From contig CAVZJZ010000057.1 of the NCBI GenBank assembly GCA_963775665.1, forward strand, positions 17,036 through 81,035: a DNA stretch of 64,000 nucleotides, read 5' to 3'. Origin of the DNA: an uncultured Alphaproteobacteria bacterium (GTDB lineage Bacteria > Pseudomonadota > Alphaproteobacteria > Rhizobiales > Beijerinckiaceae). Positions 33,564 through 46,430 of this stretch are shown one piece after another (positions within the stretch are counted from its first letter, which is position 1; every line of letters begins with the position of its first letter). Under the pieces are notes generated by a model, which did not search any database, had not been told where the DNA came from, and worked only from the letters and a program-made list of their open reading frames with translations. Position numbers and translations under genes: made by a program.

Positions 33564-34581
33564 GTGGTTGACGACCCGTTGGTCCCGGATCCCGCAGGCG
33601 CCCGAATCTCCGACCTGGCGGCGACGCCAATTTCGATTGCCGGAGGAAATCGGGGTCATCCTCGTTCTCCTGGTGATGATCGTCGTGATCGGCGTGGCGC
33701 GGCCGCGGTTTCTGAATCCGATCAACCTGCTGACGATCCTCGGCAACACCACGTTCCAGGGCATGCTGTCGCTCGGGATGGTGTTTCTGCTGGCGATCCG
33801 CGAAATCGACCTTTCGATCGGATGGATGTTCAATTTCTCCGCGGTCGCCTCGGCGTTGCTGATGGTGGCCGGCGTCAATCCCTGGCTTGCCGCGGTTGCG
33901 GGCATCGGCTTCGGCGGCGCTCTCGGACTCGTCAACGGCGTGCTCGCCGTCGGCCTGCGGCTGCCTTCGATCATTATCACGCTCGGCACGTATTCGATGT
34001 TCGAAGGACTGTCGCTCGTCGCCAATCAGGGTCGCGCCGTCTTTCCGCCCGACCAATCGAGCAGCTTCTTCACCTTTGCATCGATGAAAATATTGCGCGT
34101 CGTTCCGGTCGTGGGCGTTCTCTTCGTGGCGTTGGCGGTGACGCTGCATCTCGTGCTTCACAGGACGCGCTTCGGCTATCGCGTGCAGGCGATCGGCAGC
34201 AACCCGGAAGCCGCCCGGTTCGCCGGCATCCCCATCTCGCTCGTGCGCCTGCAGACCCTCGTGCTCATGGGCGCGATTTGCGGGCTTTCGGGAGCGCTCT
34301 ATGTCGGCTTCCGCGGCGCCATCGACCCGCAGGAAGGCGCCGACTTCGTCCTCATCGTCATCGCCGCCGTCATCATCGGCGGAACGCCGCTTTCCGGCGG
34401 TTGGGGCACCGTCATCGGAGCGGTCGTGGGCATGCTGATCATTCAGGTGATCAGCAGCGGCATCATCTTCTTTGGCATCGACGCGACGTGGAGCACCTTC
34501 GTGACCGGCGCGGTCATCGTGCTCGCCGTCGCTCTCGACCAGATCGTGAAGCGGCAGCGCGACAGGGCGCTGCCGTCGTAG
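33564..34581 (+). CDS. Sugar ABC permease (RbsC-like)
   Basis: [38 protein letters not shown]. Confidence 0.92.
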
Positions 34582-34621
34582 AGGCTCACTTCAAGGAAGG
34601 GGCCGCCTCGCCTTCGCTTTC

Positions 34622-36149
34622 TCAGGCTCCGCCGCGATTCCCGTCGATGAAGCGGGCCGCCTTCTCCCCGACCACGATGGCGGTGAGGTTGGTGTTATGC
34701 ATGACATTGTCGGGATAGATGCTGGTGTCGGCGACCCGCAGGTTGTCGAAGCCGTGGACGCGAAGGTCCGGCCCGACGACCGACGTCGGGTCGCCCGGCG
34801 GGCCCATCCTGACCGATCCCGCCTGGTGATGGGCGGGTCCCATCGCTTCGGTCAGCGCCTCGGCGATCGGCTTGTCGAGATCGTCGATCGCCTTGGCGCC
34901 GTGCGACTGAAAGGTCCGCGTCGCCAGCATGGCCTTGACGAACGAGCGAGCGTCGGCGAACCGATCCCGATCCCGCTGACTGGTGTTGTAGCGATGGTCG
35001 ATGAGCGGCGGGCGCGTCGGATCGGCGCTCTGGATGCGGACTTCGCCGGTCGCCTCCTGGCGGGTGAGATAGGTCCAGAAGCCCGCGGTATGCTCCTCCT
35101 CGTCGACCGGAAACGGATGGGTCTGCCACTCCGGCTCGCCCTCGGCGTTCGCCGGACCGCGCACGTTCGCGGCGAAGAAACGTCCGGTCGTCACGCCGAG
35201 CCCTTCCGCCCTGAACATCATCGGAAAGCCCGGATGATCGGTCAGGTTGCGTCCGACCGGCAGGTCGGCGACGACGTCGATCCCAAGCGGCCGCAGCCAT
35301 TCGGCCGGGCCGATGCCGGAGCGCTGCAGGATGGCCGGGCTGTTGTAGACGCCGGCGCTGATCACGATCTCGTCTGCGAGACGCGGTCCGCCGCTCTCCT
35401 GCAGAATCGAGATAGGCGACGCCCTTGGCGCGGGCGCCTTCCAGGAGCATGCGATCGACATGGCAGCCGGCGCGGATGGCGAGATTTGATCGCGCGCGGG
35501 CGGCCCTGACATAGGTCACGAGCGTGCCGAGACGGACTTCCTTGTAGCGGTTGTGCGGCATCGGCCCCACCACGCCCGCATGGGCGTCGAGCGCGTTGAG
35601 GTCGGGCGCTTCGCGAACGCCGAGTTCGACGCAGGCGTCATACATGGCGCGGTTGACCGGCGCCCAGCTCTGCGGCCGATAGCGCTGAATGACGATCGGC
35701 CCGTTGCGGCCGTGAATCGGGTCATCGCCGAAATTGACGTCGGTTTCGATGGCGATGAACAGAGGCAGCAGGTCCGCCCACGACCAGCCCTTGTTGCCCA
35801 TCGCGGCCCAGCGATCGAAATCGAACGGCGCGCCGCGCGCCGCGATCGTCGCGTTGACCATCGACGTGCCGCCGACCAGGCGCCCGCGCGGCACGCGCAA
35901 GCTGCGGCCGCTCAGCGTCCCCGCGCCGTCGGTGTTGACGAAGTCCCAGTCGAACTCCGGTATCCCTCCGGCGCCGCGCCAATGATGCTCGCCGCTAAAG
36001 GTGAACAGCGGCGGCATCGTTTCCTCTAGCGGGAAATCCGGACCGGCCTCGAGCAGCAGGACTTTCCGCGAGGCGTTTTCCGACAGACGCGCCGCGACGA
36101 CGCCTCCGCTCGAGCCCGCGCCCACAACAATGACGTCGTAGTGGTCCAT
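34622..36149 (-). CDS. GMC oxidoreductase (frameshifted)
   Basis: VVGAGSSG, LLEAG, RGRLVGGTSMVN, VGRNLTDH, HQAGSVRMG, LRVADTS. Confidence 0.92.
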
Positions 36150-36292
36150 GAGCATCCCCGAAGGCGCATGTTCGCCGCGCCTCAGCCTTCGCATCTTCCT
36201 GCGCGCAGCGATCGAGTCCGTCGCGCCTCAGGTCTCGATTGAGGCGCGACGACCAACGCTCCATTTCTGGCCAGCGGTCTGAGCGCCTCGGA

Positions 36293-37340
36293 CTATTCCT
36301 TCGCCGCGGCTTCGACATTGTCCTTGTTGTAGACCGTGAACGGTCCCATCAGGACACGCAGGCCCTTGGCGCGGGTCGGATCCTTGGTGATGGTGAATTC
36401 GCCCATCCGGCCGGCCTTGAACTTCGCCCCTTCCTCAGCCTTCAGAGCGTCGGTGGCGAGCAGATAGGCCGTGTAATAGGTGAGGTAGCCGAGGTCGACG
36501 AAGCTCCACAAGGCGAACTCCGGCGCGCAGCCGTTCTTGGTGTAGGCGAGCATTTCGCTCGGCAGGCCGAGACCGCTGACCTTCACCTTGTCGCACAGCT
36601 TCTCGTCCTGCAGCGCCTTGGCGGCGGCGACAATGCCGACCGAGGTCGGCGCCATGATCACTTTCAGGTCCGGATATTTGTCGACGAGCGCCTGCGCCTG
36701 GGTGTAGCTCTTTTCCGACTCGTCGTTGCCGTAGACCGTGTCGACCAGATTGAGCTTGGCGTATTTGGGATCCTTCAGCGCCGTCTTCATCGCGGCGATC
36801 CAGGCGTTCTGGTTGGCCGCGTCAGGCGAGGCCGACAGGATGGCGAATTTGCCGCCGCCTGGCCCGGTGAGGTCGAGCGTCATGTCGGCCATGACCTTGC
36901 CGATATCGGCGAAATCGACCTGAGCGACGAACACGTCTTCGCCTTCGGACGAGGGAATCGGCGAGTCCCAGGTCACGACCTTGATGCCCTTGGCCTGGGC
37001 CGCCTTGGCCGCCGGCACGATCTGATCGCCCGAGTTGTTCGAGATCATGATCGCCTTGACGCCCTGGGTCGTGGCGTTGGTGACGATCTCGATCTGTCCG
37101 GCGACGCTGTTCTGCGGCGTCGGACCGAGGAACTGCAGCGCCGTCGGGTTCTTCAGCTCCTTGGCGGCCTCCTCGGCCCCTTTGTGCGCCTGGTCGAACG
37201 GCAGAATGCCGAGGAATTTCGGCAGCAGCACCATGCTGACGGCCTTGCCGGGCGTCGCCATGGCGTCCTGGGCCAGCGCGTATTGCGGCAGGGCCGCGAT
37301 CATCGCCAGCGCCGCGGCGCCCAACAAGAAGTTTCCTCAT
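36293..37340 (-). CDS. Rhamnose-type (RhaS/LsrB-like) ABC substrate-binding protein
   Basis: [39 protein letters not shown]. Confidence 0.85.
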
Positions 37341-38302
37341 GTTTCTCTCCCTTTCCATTTGTTGTTTAGGTCCTGCCACACATTCGGGATCAACACCGAG
37401 AGGATGAGAAGCCCCCCGATCACGTAGTTCTGAGTGTTGCCGGTGATGTCGGCAAGCCCCATTCCGTTGCGAAGGTTCAAGATCACGAGCAGCGAAAGGC
37501 CAACGCCGACCAGATTGCCCTTGCCGCCGAAAATGCTGACCCCTCCCAAAAGCACGGCGGTGATGACGTCGAGTTCGAAGCCCTCCGCCATGTCGCCGCG
37601 CACCGATCCCAGTCGGGCAGCATAGAGAATTCCGGCGAGCGCCGCCACAAATGCCGAGCCGACGAACAAGCCGCCTTGACCAGTCCGACCCGCACGCCGG
37701 AATAGCGCGCCGCCTGAACGTTGCTGCCGACGACATAGACGAGACGACCAAACGCCGAGCCGTGCAGCACGATTGCGAAGACAATGAAGAGCACAACGAA
37801 AATCACGATCGCAGCCGTGAGCGGGCCGATCAAAGGCTGCTGGCCGAGCGTGTTGAACCAGTCCGGAAAACCGCCGATCGCGCGGTCTTCCAGCAGAATG
37901 CGGGCGACGCCGCGATAGCCGATCAGGCCGGCCAGCGTGACCGCAAGCGACGGCAGGCCGACCCGGGCGATCCAGAAGGCGTTGTTGAGCCCGGCAAGAA
38001 CGCCCGCACCGAGCGCGATGAGAATAGCCAAGCGGCATCGGCGCGCCCTGATGGAACGTCCAGGCCATGACGCAGGCCGAGAGTCCCATGACCGAAGCGA
38101 CGGAAAGATCGATCTCGCCGCCGATGATGACCAGCGCCATCGTCAGCGCGACGATGCTCTTCTCGATCGACAGCTGAAACAGATTGACGATGTTTCCGAC
38201 GCTGAGGAAATAAGGTGAACCGACGCTGTTGAGCGCGACGATCGCGATCAGCAGCACGAGCATCATCGTTTCCCATCGTTTGAGCCTCGCGAGCGCGCTC
38301 AT
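37337..38302 (-). CDS. Sugar ABC permease (RhaQ-like; frameshifted)
   Basis: [27 protein letters not shown]. Confidence 0.88.
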   Translation of the reverse strand: MSALARLKRWETMMLVLLIAIVALNSVGSPYFLSVGNIVNLFQLSIEKSIVALTMALVIIGGEIDLSVASVMGLSACVMAWTFHQGAPMPLGYSHRARCGRSCRAQQRLLDRPGRPAVACGHAGRPDRLSRRRPHSAGRPRDRRFSGLVQHARPAAFDRPAHGCDRDFRCALHCLRNRAARLGVWSSRLCRRQQRSGGALFRRAGRTGQGGLFVGSAFVAALAGILYAARLGSVRGDMAEGFELDVITAVLLGGVSIFGGKGNLVGVGLSLLVILNLRNGMGLADITGNTQNYVIGGLLILSVLIPNVWQDLNNKWKGRET

Positions 38303-39360
38303 GGCCGCGACGCGCCTTGTTCCCCGGAGGCAGGGCTCGCCTCTTTCGCGACCAGCTTCATCTCCGCGCCGCCCCAAAGCGTGCGCAGGCGCTGCAGGAT
38401 GACCGCGTCGCTCGCCACCGCCAGCAGGATGAGGAGCCCAAGCACCGCATCGAGCCAGAACTCGCTGATGCCCAGGCGGAAGAGGCTCTGCTCGAGCGTC
38501 CCGATCATGACAGCGCCGAGCATCGCTCCCGAAACCGTCCCGGAGCCGCCGAAGACGTTGACGCCGCCGACGACGACAGCGGCGACCACGCTGAGCTCCA
38601 GGCCGCGTCCGGCCTCGACCGTGATGTTGCCGAACCGGGCGAGAAGCATGAAGCCGCCGAGACCCGAGAGCGCGCCGCAGATGACGAAGGCGAGGAAAAC
38701 GACGCCCTTGATCGGCAATCCGATCAGCTGCGCCGCCTCGGGATTGGAGCCGATCGCGTAGAACCGTCGGGCGAAGCTCAGATAGCTCGTTCCGATCTGG
38801 AACACGATGACGATCAAGAGCGCCAGCATGAAGAGGGCGCGAATGTCGAGACTACCGATCGGCAAAATGTTGACCAGGGGAAGATCGATCAGCCACTGGG
38901 GCAGACTGTCCGTGGTCACGGTCTTGGCGCCGGAGAGGTCGACAAGCACGCCGCGATAAATCGCCAGCGTTCCGAGCGTCACCACGACCGCGGGCACCCT
39001 GCCCCACGCCACGATCAGCCCATTGACGACGCCAAGCGCCGCGCCGAGGGCGATCGCAATCGCAACGGCCAGGAAAGGATTGATGCCGTTGTGGTTGGCG
39101 ATCAGCGTTCCGACGAAATAGGCGGTGAAGCCGACGATCGAGCCCACCGACAGGTCGATATTGCGCGTCAGCACGACCAGCGTCTGACCGACCGCGACGA
39201 CGGTGATGATCGCGACGCTCGACGCAATGCGGTTGAATGTGCGGAAGCTATAGTAATTGTCGATGAACGAACCGAAGATCACGATCGCCGCGACAATGAG
39301 GACGAGCAGGCTCAACTCGCGGATCTGCTCCGGGCGGACTCGTCGCTTGAGCCAGTTCAT
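38299..39360 (-). CDS. Sugar ABC permease (RhaP-like)
   Basis: [39 protein letters not shown]. Confidence 0.9.
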   Translation of the reverse strand: MNWLKRRVRPEQIRELSLLVLIVAAIVIFGSFIDNYYSFRTFNRIASSVAIITVVAVGQTLVVLTRNIDLSVGSIVGFTAYFVGTLIANHNGINPFLAVAIAIALGAALGVVNGLIVAWGRVPAVVVTLGTLAIYRGVLVDLSGAKTVTTDSLPQWLIDLPLVNILPIGSLDIRALFMLALLIVIVFQIGTSYLSFARRFYAIGSNPEAAQLIGLPIKGVVFLAFVICGALSGLGGFMLLARFGNITVEAGRGLELSVVAAVVVGGVNVFGGSGTVSGAMLGAVMIGTLEQSLFRLGISEFWLDAVLGLLILLAVASDAVILQRLRTLWGGAEMKLVAKEASPASGEQGASRP

Positions 39361-40910
39361 GACGGCCTTCCACCGACTGATACCGCCAGTCTCTGACCCA
39401 TCGCCGCGGTCATGACGGACTCCTCGTTGGCTTCGGCGCGATCCAGGATCGCCATCTGCCGGCCCTCTCTCATGACCAGCACGCGGTCGCTGAGGACCAG
39501 CACCTCCGGCAGATCCGACGAAATCACGATGACGCCGATGCCCTCTGCCGCGAGCTGGCCGATGATCGCGTGCACCTCGGCTTTGGAGCCGACGTCGACG
39601 CCGCGCGTCGGTTCGTCGAGAATCAGGACCGAAGGGTTTGTGTTGAGCCATTTGCTCAACATGACCTTCTGCTGATTGCCGCCCGACAGCTTGGCGACCT
39701 CGAGATCGACCGATGGCGTCCGGATCGCGAGCCGGGTGCGGAAGGCCTCGGCGGTCCGCCGCTCCTGACCGGTTCGGACGAGGCCGAGGCGATTGAGATA
39801 ACGGCGCAGAACCGGCAAGGTAATGTTGGCGAAGATCGCCATCGGGAGGACCAGCCCAAGCTGGCGACGGTCCTCGGAAACATAGGCGATGCCGAGATTC
39901 ATGGCGTCGCGCGGAGAGCGGACGGTGACTGGCTTGCCGTCGAGGAGGATCGTTCCCGAGGTCGCGGGTTCGATGCCGAAAAGGGCGAGCCCGACATCGG
40001 TGCGGCCCGCCCCGATAAGGCCCGCGAAGCCCAGCACCTCGCCCCGGCGAAGGTCGAAGGTCACGCCTTCGAATACGCCTTGGCGGGCGAGATCGGTCAC
40101 CGAGAGAACAAGGTCTTGTCGGGCCGAGCTGGCCCGCACCTTCGTCAGATCGATCGCGCGTCCGACCATGTCGGCGATTGCGCGCTGCGGCGTCGCCTCA
40201 CGGCGCGTTCGCGTCGATATCAGTCTTCCGTCGCGAAAGACCGTGACTTTGTCGGCGATCTCGAACACTTCTTCCATCCGATGGCTGACAAAGAGGATGG
40301 CGACGCCCTGCCTCTTCAGGTCGCGGGCAAGCTTGAACAACTCCTGGACCTCGTGCGCGGAGAGCGACGCCGTTGGCTCGTCCATGATGAGGATACGAAC
40401 ATTGAGAGAAATGGCTTTGGCGATTTCGACCGACTGCTGCGCGGCCAATGTCAGCCCCCGCGCCGGGTTTCGAACGTCCAACGCGACGCCAAGTTCGGCG
40501 AGGATTCTTTCGGCGTCGTCATACATCTCCCGCCACCCGACCACCGCCCCACGGTCCTGATGACTGATGAAAATGTTCTCGGCGACATTGAGATCGGGAA
40601 ACAGCAGAGGTTCTTGATAGATCGCCGCGACGCCCAATCGCTGCGCCTCGGCGGCGCTCCGTATCGCGACCGGTCGGCCAGCCAGAAGAATCTCGCCGCG
40701 ATCCGGCTGATGCACGCCGGTGATGATCTTGATCAGCGTCGATTTGCCGGCCCCGTTCTCGCCAAGCAGCGCGTGAATTTCGCCAGCGTGAAGCGCGAGG
40801 GAGACGTCCTCGAGCGCCTGGGTGGCGTCGAAGCGCTTGGCGACGCCGCGAATCTCCAGGACCGGTGCGGCGACTGCCGCTCCGTCGGCAAGCTCTTGCG
40901 CCTCGATCAT
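39357..40910 (-). CDS. Sugar ABC ATP-binding protein (RhaT-like)
   Basis: [33 protein letters not shown]. Confidence 0.95.
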   Translation of the reverse strand: MIEAQELADGAAVAAPVLEIRGVAKRFDATQALEDVSLALHAGEIHALLGENGAGKSTLIKIITGVHQPDRGEILLAGRPVAIRSAAEAQRLGVAAIYQEPLLFPDLNVAENIFISHQDRGAVVGWREMYDDAERILAELGVALDVRNPARGLTLAAQQSVEIAKAISLNVRILIMDEPTASLSAHEVQELFKLARDLKRQGVAILFVSHRMEEVFEIADKVTVFRDGRLISTRTRREATPQRAIADMVGRAIDLTKVRASSARQDLVLSVTDLARQGVFEGVTFDLRRGEVLGFAGLIGAGRTDVGLALFGIEPATSGTILLDGKPVTVRSPRDAMNLGIAYVSEDRRQLGLVLPMAIFANITLPVLRRYLNRLGLVRTGQERRTAEAFRTRLAIRTPSVDLEVAKLSGGNQQKVMLSKWLNTNPSVLILDEPTRGVDVGSKAEVHAIIGQLAAEGIGVIVISSDLPEVLVLSDRVLVMREGRQMAILDRAEANEESVMTAAMGQRLAVSVGGRPS

Positions 40911-40915
40911 CTCTG

Positions 40916-41662
40916 TCAGCGCCCGCCGGTCACGTCGATGATCGCGCCCGTGACATAGGACGAAGCATCGCTGAGCAGCCAGACGATCGCTTCCGCGATT
41001 TCATTCGCGGTTCCCGGGCGGCCGAGTGGAGTTGACGCGCCGATCTTGTATGGCCTCTCAGGCTCGCCATACGCGGCATGAATCTCGGTTTCGATGACGC
41101 CGGGGCGAATCGAGTTGACGCGCACGCCTTCGCGGCCCAGTTCCTTCGACAAGCCCAGCGCCATGGCGTCGACCGCAGCCTTTGAGCCGGCATAGTCGAC
41201 ATATACGTCGGGGGCGCCTATCCGTGCGGCGACTGAAGAGATCAGGACGATCGAGCCGCCGTTGCCGCCGCGGCTCTTGTTCATGCGTCGCGCGGCTTCG
41301 CGAGCCACCAGGTACGCGCCCAGCACATTCACATCAAAAACCTGCCGCATGCGCTCGACGCTCATGTCGACGAGGCGCGACGAGGTCGCCGCCACGCCGG
41401 CATTGACGACAACGCCGTCCAGAGGCCCAAGCGCCTTTGTCGTCGCCTCGAACATGGCGATCACATCGCTTTCGCGCGAGACGTCGCCCGCGACCGCGAC
41501 TGCTTTCCCGCCCGAACGCTCGACCTCGGCGACGGCCGAGTGCGCGGCGGCGCTGTCCTTCAGATAATTGACGCCGACAGACCAGCCGCGCTCTGCCGCA
41601 AGAAGACAGGTCGCGCGGCCGATGCCGCGTGAGCCGCCGGTGACGAGAATGGTCTTGGACAT
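40916..41662 (-). CDS. SDR oxidoreductase
   Basis: [16 protein letters not shown]. Confidence 0.92.
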   Translation of the reverse strand: MSKTILVTGGSRGIGRATCLLAAERGWSVGVNYLKDSAAAHSAVAEVERSGGKAVAVAGDVSRESDVIAMFEATTKALGPLDGVVVNAGVAATSSRLVDMSVERMRQVFDVNVLGAYLVAREAARRMNKSRGGNGGSIVLISSVAARIGAPDVYVDYAGSKAAVDAMALGLSKELGREGVRVNSIRPGVIETEIHAAYGEPERPYKIGASTPLGRPGTANEIAEAIVWLLSDASSYVTGAIIDVTGGR

Positions 41663-41840
41663 GGCGCTCGACTCTCTAACCGGAGCGATTGAAGCCGCAT
41701 CGAGCTCCACCTGGCGAGATTGGCGCAGTCGCCAGGCTTTTGCAACGCCGCGCGAAGTCGGGTCATTCGTCAACAACCTTGACCCGCTTTCCCAAGGTCG
41801 GCGAAGCTATGTGAAAGCGTCCCGGGGAGGATTATCACCG

Positions 41841-42782
41841 ATGAAAATTGCAGTTCTTGGCGGCGGCGGGGCGATGGGCGGTCTATTCGGCGGCTATCTC
41901 GCGCGCGCCGGTGAAGACGTCGCTCTGATCGATGTGTCGCAGACCGCAGTCGACGCCATTAATCGGGATGGCCTTAAGATCGAAGAGAAGGACGGCTCGA
42001 TGGCGACCATCCGCGCCAAGGCTTCGTCGAAGCCGCGGGATGTCGGGCCGGTCGATCTCATAGTCAATTTCGTCAAGTGCTACCACACGGAGGCGGCGAT
42101 CGCCGCCGCAGCGCCGATGCTGGGGGACAGCACGCCAATCCTGACGCTTCAGAATGGCTGGGGCAATGCGGATCGCATCGCGGCGGTGGCGGGCGGATCG
42201 CGGGTGATGGTCGGGCTGACCTATCATTCAGGAACGCTGCTCGGGCCCGGCCGCGTCAAGCACTCGGGAATTGGAATGACACATGTGGGGGAGCTGAACG
42301 GCTCCCAGTCCGCGCGCCTTGACGCGGCGGTCACGGCATTTCGCAGGGCCGGCATCGAGACGTCGTCGGCGTCACGCATCGTCGACGAGATATGGAAGAA
42401 GCTTGCGTTGAACGTATGCACGTTGCCGACCGCGGCGCTGCTCCATTTCCCTGCGCACGAACTGATCGAGCACCAAGGGACGATCGCGCTCATGGAGGGG
42501 CTGCTCGCCGAGGTCGTGGCGGTTGCGAAGGCGCAAGGGATCAACCTCGATCACGCGGAGCGGTGGCAGGCGATCACGGGCTTGCTCAGGCAGGCGATCG
42601 GCGCTCGCGCCTCCATGTTGCAGGATGTGGAAGCGAACCGGCAGACGGAGATCGACGTGGTCAACGGCGCCATCGTCGAGGCCGGCCGGCGGCATTCGCT
42701 GCCGACGCCCCTGAACGACGCCATGGTCTGGATGGTCAAGAGCCTGCAGGCCAAGTACCTTGCAGCCGCCGGTCGGACGTGA
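41841..42782 (+). CDS. Ketopantoate reductase (ApbA/PanE) family protein
   Basis: GGGGAMG, LQNG.G, W.KL..N, SMLQD...R.TEID..NG. Confidence 0.9.
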   Translation: MKIAVLGGGGAMGGLFGGYLARAGEDVALIDVSQTAVDAINRDGLKIEEKDGSMATIRAKASSKPRDVGPVDLIVNFVKCYHTEAAIAAAAPMLGDSTPILTLQNGWGNADRIAAVAGGSRVMVGLTYHSGTLLGPGRVKHSGIGMTHVGELNGSQSARLDAAVTAFRRAGIETSSASRIVDEIWKKLALNVCTLPTAALLHFPAHELIEHQGTIALMEGLLAEVVAVAKAQGINLDHAERWQAITGLLRQAIGARASMLQDVEANRQTEIDVVNGAIVEAGRRHSLPTPLNDAMVWMVKSLQAKYLAAAGRT

Positions 42783-42817
42783 GGACGGCTCGCAGCATTC
42801 CGGAGCCGGTTGCTACG

Positions 42818-43596
42818 TTAATCTGCAGCAGGGATCTGCAACCACGTTGGCGCATGCGGTATCCCCTGCACGGTCCAGCCGCCGTCGGCGACGATGGTCT
42901 GGCCCGTCACGTAGGAGGCTTCGTCGCCGGCGAGATAGCGCACGACGTTGGCGATTTCCTGGGTTGCGGCGAGGCGCTTCATCGGCACGCGCGCCACCAT
43001 CCAGTCCTCTTGCAACGACCCGTCGGCCAATCCCTGCTCAATCAGCTTGGTTCGGGTGAAGCCCGGCGCGACGGCATTGACCCGAATGCCTGCAGACGCC
43101 ACTTCAAGCGCCAGCGCGCGGGTAAGACCGAGAATGCCGGCTTTTGCCGCGCAATATGCGCCGCGCCCCGGCAAGCCGACAAAAGCGGCGGTCGACGCGA
43201 TGCTGACGATCGCGCCGCCCTTGCCGCGCGCCACCATGCGCGGCACCGCCTCGGATGCGCAGATGAAGAAGCCATTGAGATGGGTCGAGACGACCGCCGA
43301 GAAGTCGGCGAACGAAATCTTCCCGACAAGCCCGACGCGCTGGATGCCGGCGTTGTTGACCAGGATGTCGATCCCATCCGACTGTGCGTCGATCGACTTG
43401 AACGCTGCGCGACGCTCGACGGATCAGTGACATCGGCTTCGAGATAGACGACGCCGTCGCGCGGCTCGGTGGGAGGCGACTTGTCGAGGGAGAAGACGCT
43501 GGCGCCGTCAGCGAGCAACCTCTCGGCGATTGCATCGCCTATGCCGCGCGCGGCGCCGGTGACGACGGCGACGCGGCCAGCAAGGGAATTGGTCAT
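42818..43596 (-). CDS. SDR oxidoreductase (frameshifted)
   Basis: TGAARGIG, NNAG, YCAAK, DGG. Confidence 0.9.
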
Positions 43597-43625
43597 CGGC
43601 GTCCTCCTTGCGGCTCCGCGTCCGC

Positions 43626-44396
43626 TCAGTACATCAGCCAGCCCCCGCTGACGTTGATCGTCGCGCCGGTGACATAGCCGGCATGGTCCGAAGCGAGGAA
43701 GAGCACCGCGCCCGCCAATTCCGAGGGCGCCGCCATTCGTCCGAGCGGGATCGCGGCGACGGTCGCCGCCAACGACTCCTCGGTCATCCCGCTGCGCATC
43801 ATCGCGGTGTCCGCGGCGCCCGGCGAGACTGCGTTGACGGTGACGTTGTCCTTCGCCAGCGAGCGGGCGAGGCCGCGCGTCATCGAGACGATGCCGCCCT
43901 TTGTCGCGGCGTACGCCACCGATCCGCCGAAGCCGCCGCTCCACCAGCCTTGCGAGGTGAAGTTGATGATGCGGCCGCCCCGTCCCTGGTGTCGAAAAAC
44001 CCGGGCCGCGGCCTGATTGAGGAAGAACGTCGACTTGAGATTGATGTCGTGCTGAAAATCCCAGTCGGCCTCGGAGACGTCGTCGACGCTCGCGCGACGC
44101 ACGAGGACGGCGGCCGCGCAGACGAGAACGTCGAGCCCGCCGAGCTCGCCGACGACGGTTTCGAGGAGTTTGGCGTGTCCGGAGACCGGACGCAGATCGG
44201 CGGCCAACGGCAGATGCGGCCCGCCCTCCATCTCGGCGACAACCGATCTCACCTTGTCTTCGGCGAGATCGACCACGGCGACCCGTGATCCCGCCGCGCC
44301 GAAGGCGAGCGCCACTTCGCGGCCGATGCCGCCGGCCCCACCGGTGACGAGGACGCACTTGCCGTCGAGCCCGGAGGCCAGGTTCCATGCCATCAT
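43626..44396 (-). CDS. SDR oxidoreductase
   Basis: TGGAGGIG, YAATKGG, NVSGG. Confidence 0.9.
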   Translation of the reverse strand: MMAWNLASGLDGKCVLVTGGAGGIGREVALAFGAAGSRVAVVDLAEDKVRSVVAEMEGGPHLPLAADLRPVSGHAKLLETVVGELGGLDVLVCAAAVLVRRASVDDVSEADWDFQHDINLKSTFFLNQAAARVFRHQGRGGRIINFTSQGWWSGGFGGSVAYAATKGGIVSMTRGLARSLAKDNVTVNAVSPGAADTAMMRSGMTEESLAATVAAIPLGRMAAPSELAGAVLFLASDHAGYVTGATINVSGGWLMY

Positions 44397-44731
44397 GCGC
44401 TCCCGGCGTCTGGCGGGTTGAAGCCGGCCTGCTCTTCGACGTAACAGGAATGAGCCTCGCCGATGAATTTTGCGCGGTCTTCGATCAGCATCGCCTTGAA
44501 CGGTTCGGCGGAGAAGGCGCGGTCGGAGTCGGCGATGCTGTCGAACCAGGTCTCGCCGAGCCCGTCCCATTCGGCCTCGGCAGGAATGCATCTGTCGATG
44601 CGGCTGAATCGCAGGCCGCGCAAACCGGGAAGCTGACGCACGATCTCGGCGTGCCGTCCCGTCCAGTGCGCGAAGAACTGCTCGCGCGTGAGGCCGGGCT
44701 TCCGGCGGATGAAGCTGACGCGTCGGATCAT
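44393..44731 (-). CDS. EthD-family protein
   Basis: RKPGLTREQFFAHW..RH; WDGLGETWFDS. Confidence 0.85.
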   Translation of the reverse strand: MIRRVSFIRRKPGLTREQFFAHWTGRHAEIVRQLPGLRGLRFSRIDRCIPAEAEWDGLGETWFDSIADSDRAFSAEPFKAMLIEDRAKFIGEAHSCYVEEQAGFNPPDAGSA

Positions 44732-45230
44732 GCAGCGTCTCGCCGTCCGGGCGGCCGCTGGAACAATTCCAGCGTAATGACGTCGTGAACGCGCAGGTAG
44801 GCGCCGCGAGCCCCTGCGTTCGGCCCCCCGTCGATGGCGACCGGGCCCTCGCGGGCGGACCGGCCTCGCCCCGCAGGTCACGGCGCGCTTCCAGGCCACG
44901 TCGATGTCGTCGACCGCCAGGCAGAGATGCACGTTTCCCGGGATTCGCGGTCGCCTCCGGATTGGCCGTTCGGTCCGCGTTTCGTAGTCGAGCAGTTCGA
45001 GCACGACGCCGCCGGGAAGGTCGATGAAAGCCGCGCGGATCGAGACGCCGGGGATGCCGACGTGTTCGCCAAGGTAGGGCCGGTTGAGCACCGCGCGCCA
45101 GCGCGCCTTGAGCCCGAGGAAGTTCTCCCAAAACGAGAGCGCCTCGTCGAGATTGGCGACGCTCATGCCGACATGATGCACCGCCGTGGCCGTCGCGATC
45201 CGTCCCCGGTCTGACTGCTGGCTCGTCCAA
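44728..45230 (-). CDS. VOC/glyoxalase family protein (frameshifted; start uncertain)
   Basis: HHVGMSV..L, LELLDY, HLCLAV.DI, LELFQ. Confidence 0.82.
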
Positions 45231-45253
45231 AAGCGCCCTCCTCACTGACGAGG

Positions 45254-46130
45254 CTAGATTCTGAACATGCGCTCGGCGTTGCGGGAGAACATCTTCAGCT
45301 GTTCGTCCCGGCTGAAGCCCGCAATGATCTTCGCGTAGGCGTTGACGATGTCGGGATAGGAGCTGAACATCCGGTCCACCGGCCAGTTCGTGCCGAAGAC
45401 GACGCGGTCGACGCCGAAGGCTTCGATGCACCCGAGCACCCAGGGACGCAGCGAGTCGATCGTCCACAGCCGGTCCATCATGCCGAGGCCGGAAATCTTC
45501 ATCGCGACATTGTCGGCCTGTCGCCAGTTTCTTCAGGGCCGCAAGCCAGCGCTTGAAATAGGCGTCGTCGCGCGCTTCCGGAATCGCGCAGTGATCGACG
45601 CAGATCACGATGTTCGGGAACTTGCCTGCGAGGTCGAGGAGATCATCGAAATGCTGGATGCGCGTATCGATGCAGGCGACGAGGTTGTGGCGCTCCAGGA
45701 AACCGAAACCGGAACGCCAGGCGGAGTCGACGAGGTAGCGCCCCTTGCCGAAGTCGCGGATGCCCCGCACGTTGGCGTATTGCATGTGCCGTTCGAGCAC
45801 CGACTGGGCGTCCGCGTCGGCCAGGTGGCATTCGGCGACAATGCCGTGCGGATAGCCGGTCCTGTCGGCGAAAGCCTGCAGCCAGCGAGTCTCGTTGACC
45901 GGATCGGGGATGCCGAGCGCGGCCTGGACGTGGATCGCCTTCGGCACGTTGGAGAAACGGATCTCGGCGATATAGTCCTCGATCCAGTAGTGCTGCGCCT
46001 TCAGCGCGTCGATGTTGCCGAGAAAGCCGTGGATCGCGTCCGGCTCGAGCCAGGAATAGCGCAGCTCCGGCCGCTTCAGATCGTGCAGGTGGAAATGGGT
46101 GTCGACCAAAGGAATTTCGGCCATGCGCAT
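45254..46130 (-). CDS. Amidohydrolase family 2, sugar-lactonase-like (frameshifted)
   Basis: DTHFHL, HVQA, RGIR, VDH, KISG, FGTNWPV. Confidence 0.85.
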
Positions 46131-46430
46131 TGTCTCTCCGGAACCGCGAGGATCAGCGGCCGCGGACGAAACCCTCCCTCTTGAGTCCGCGCCAGCACAG
46201 GCCGGCGCGAAGACGCTCTTTGTTCCGTTTCCTTGCATAGCCGGAGGCCTCGAGGCGCGCAAGGATCGCATCCTCATGGTCCGGAGAGCGCGGGCGCTCG
46301 GTCGGCGGTTCGCCATTGGCGATTTGCGCTCGCGCAGGACGCACTTGCGCCTGTCCGCAGCGATTCTCTATAGTTTTGACGAGAGCGGCGGGAGGCGGAT
46401 ACGCCTCCGCCGCGGGAGGACGTTCACGGC

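Noticed and set aside
43626-46316. 896-aa amidohydrolase-SDR fusion, VOC-EthD fusion (44393-45181) and permease-ATPase fusion (50388-52589)
   Set aside because: Read-through created by indel errors; each component has its own start and stop in another frame
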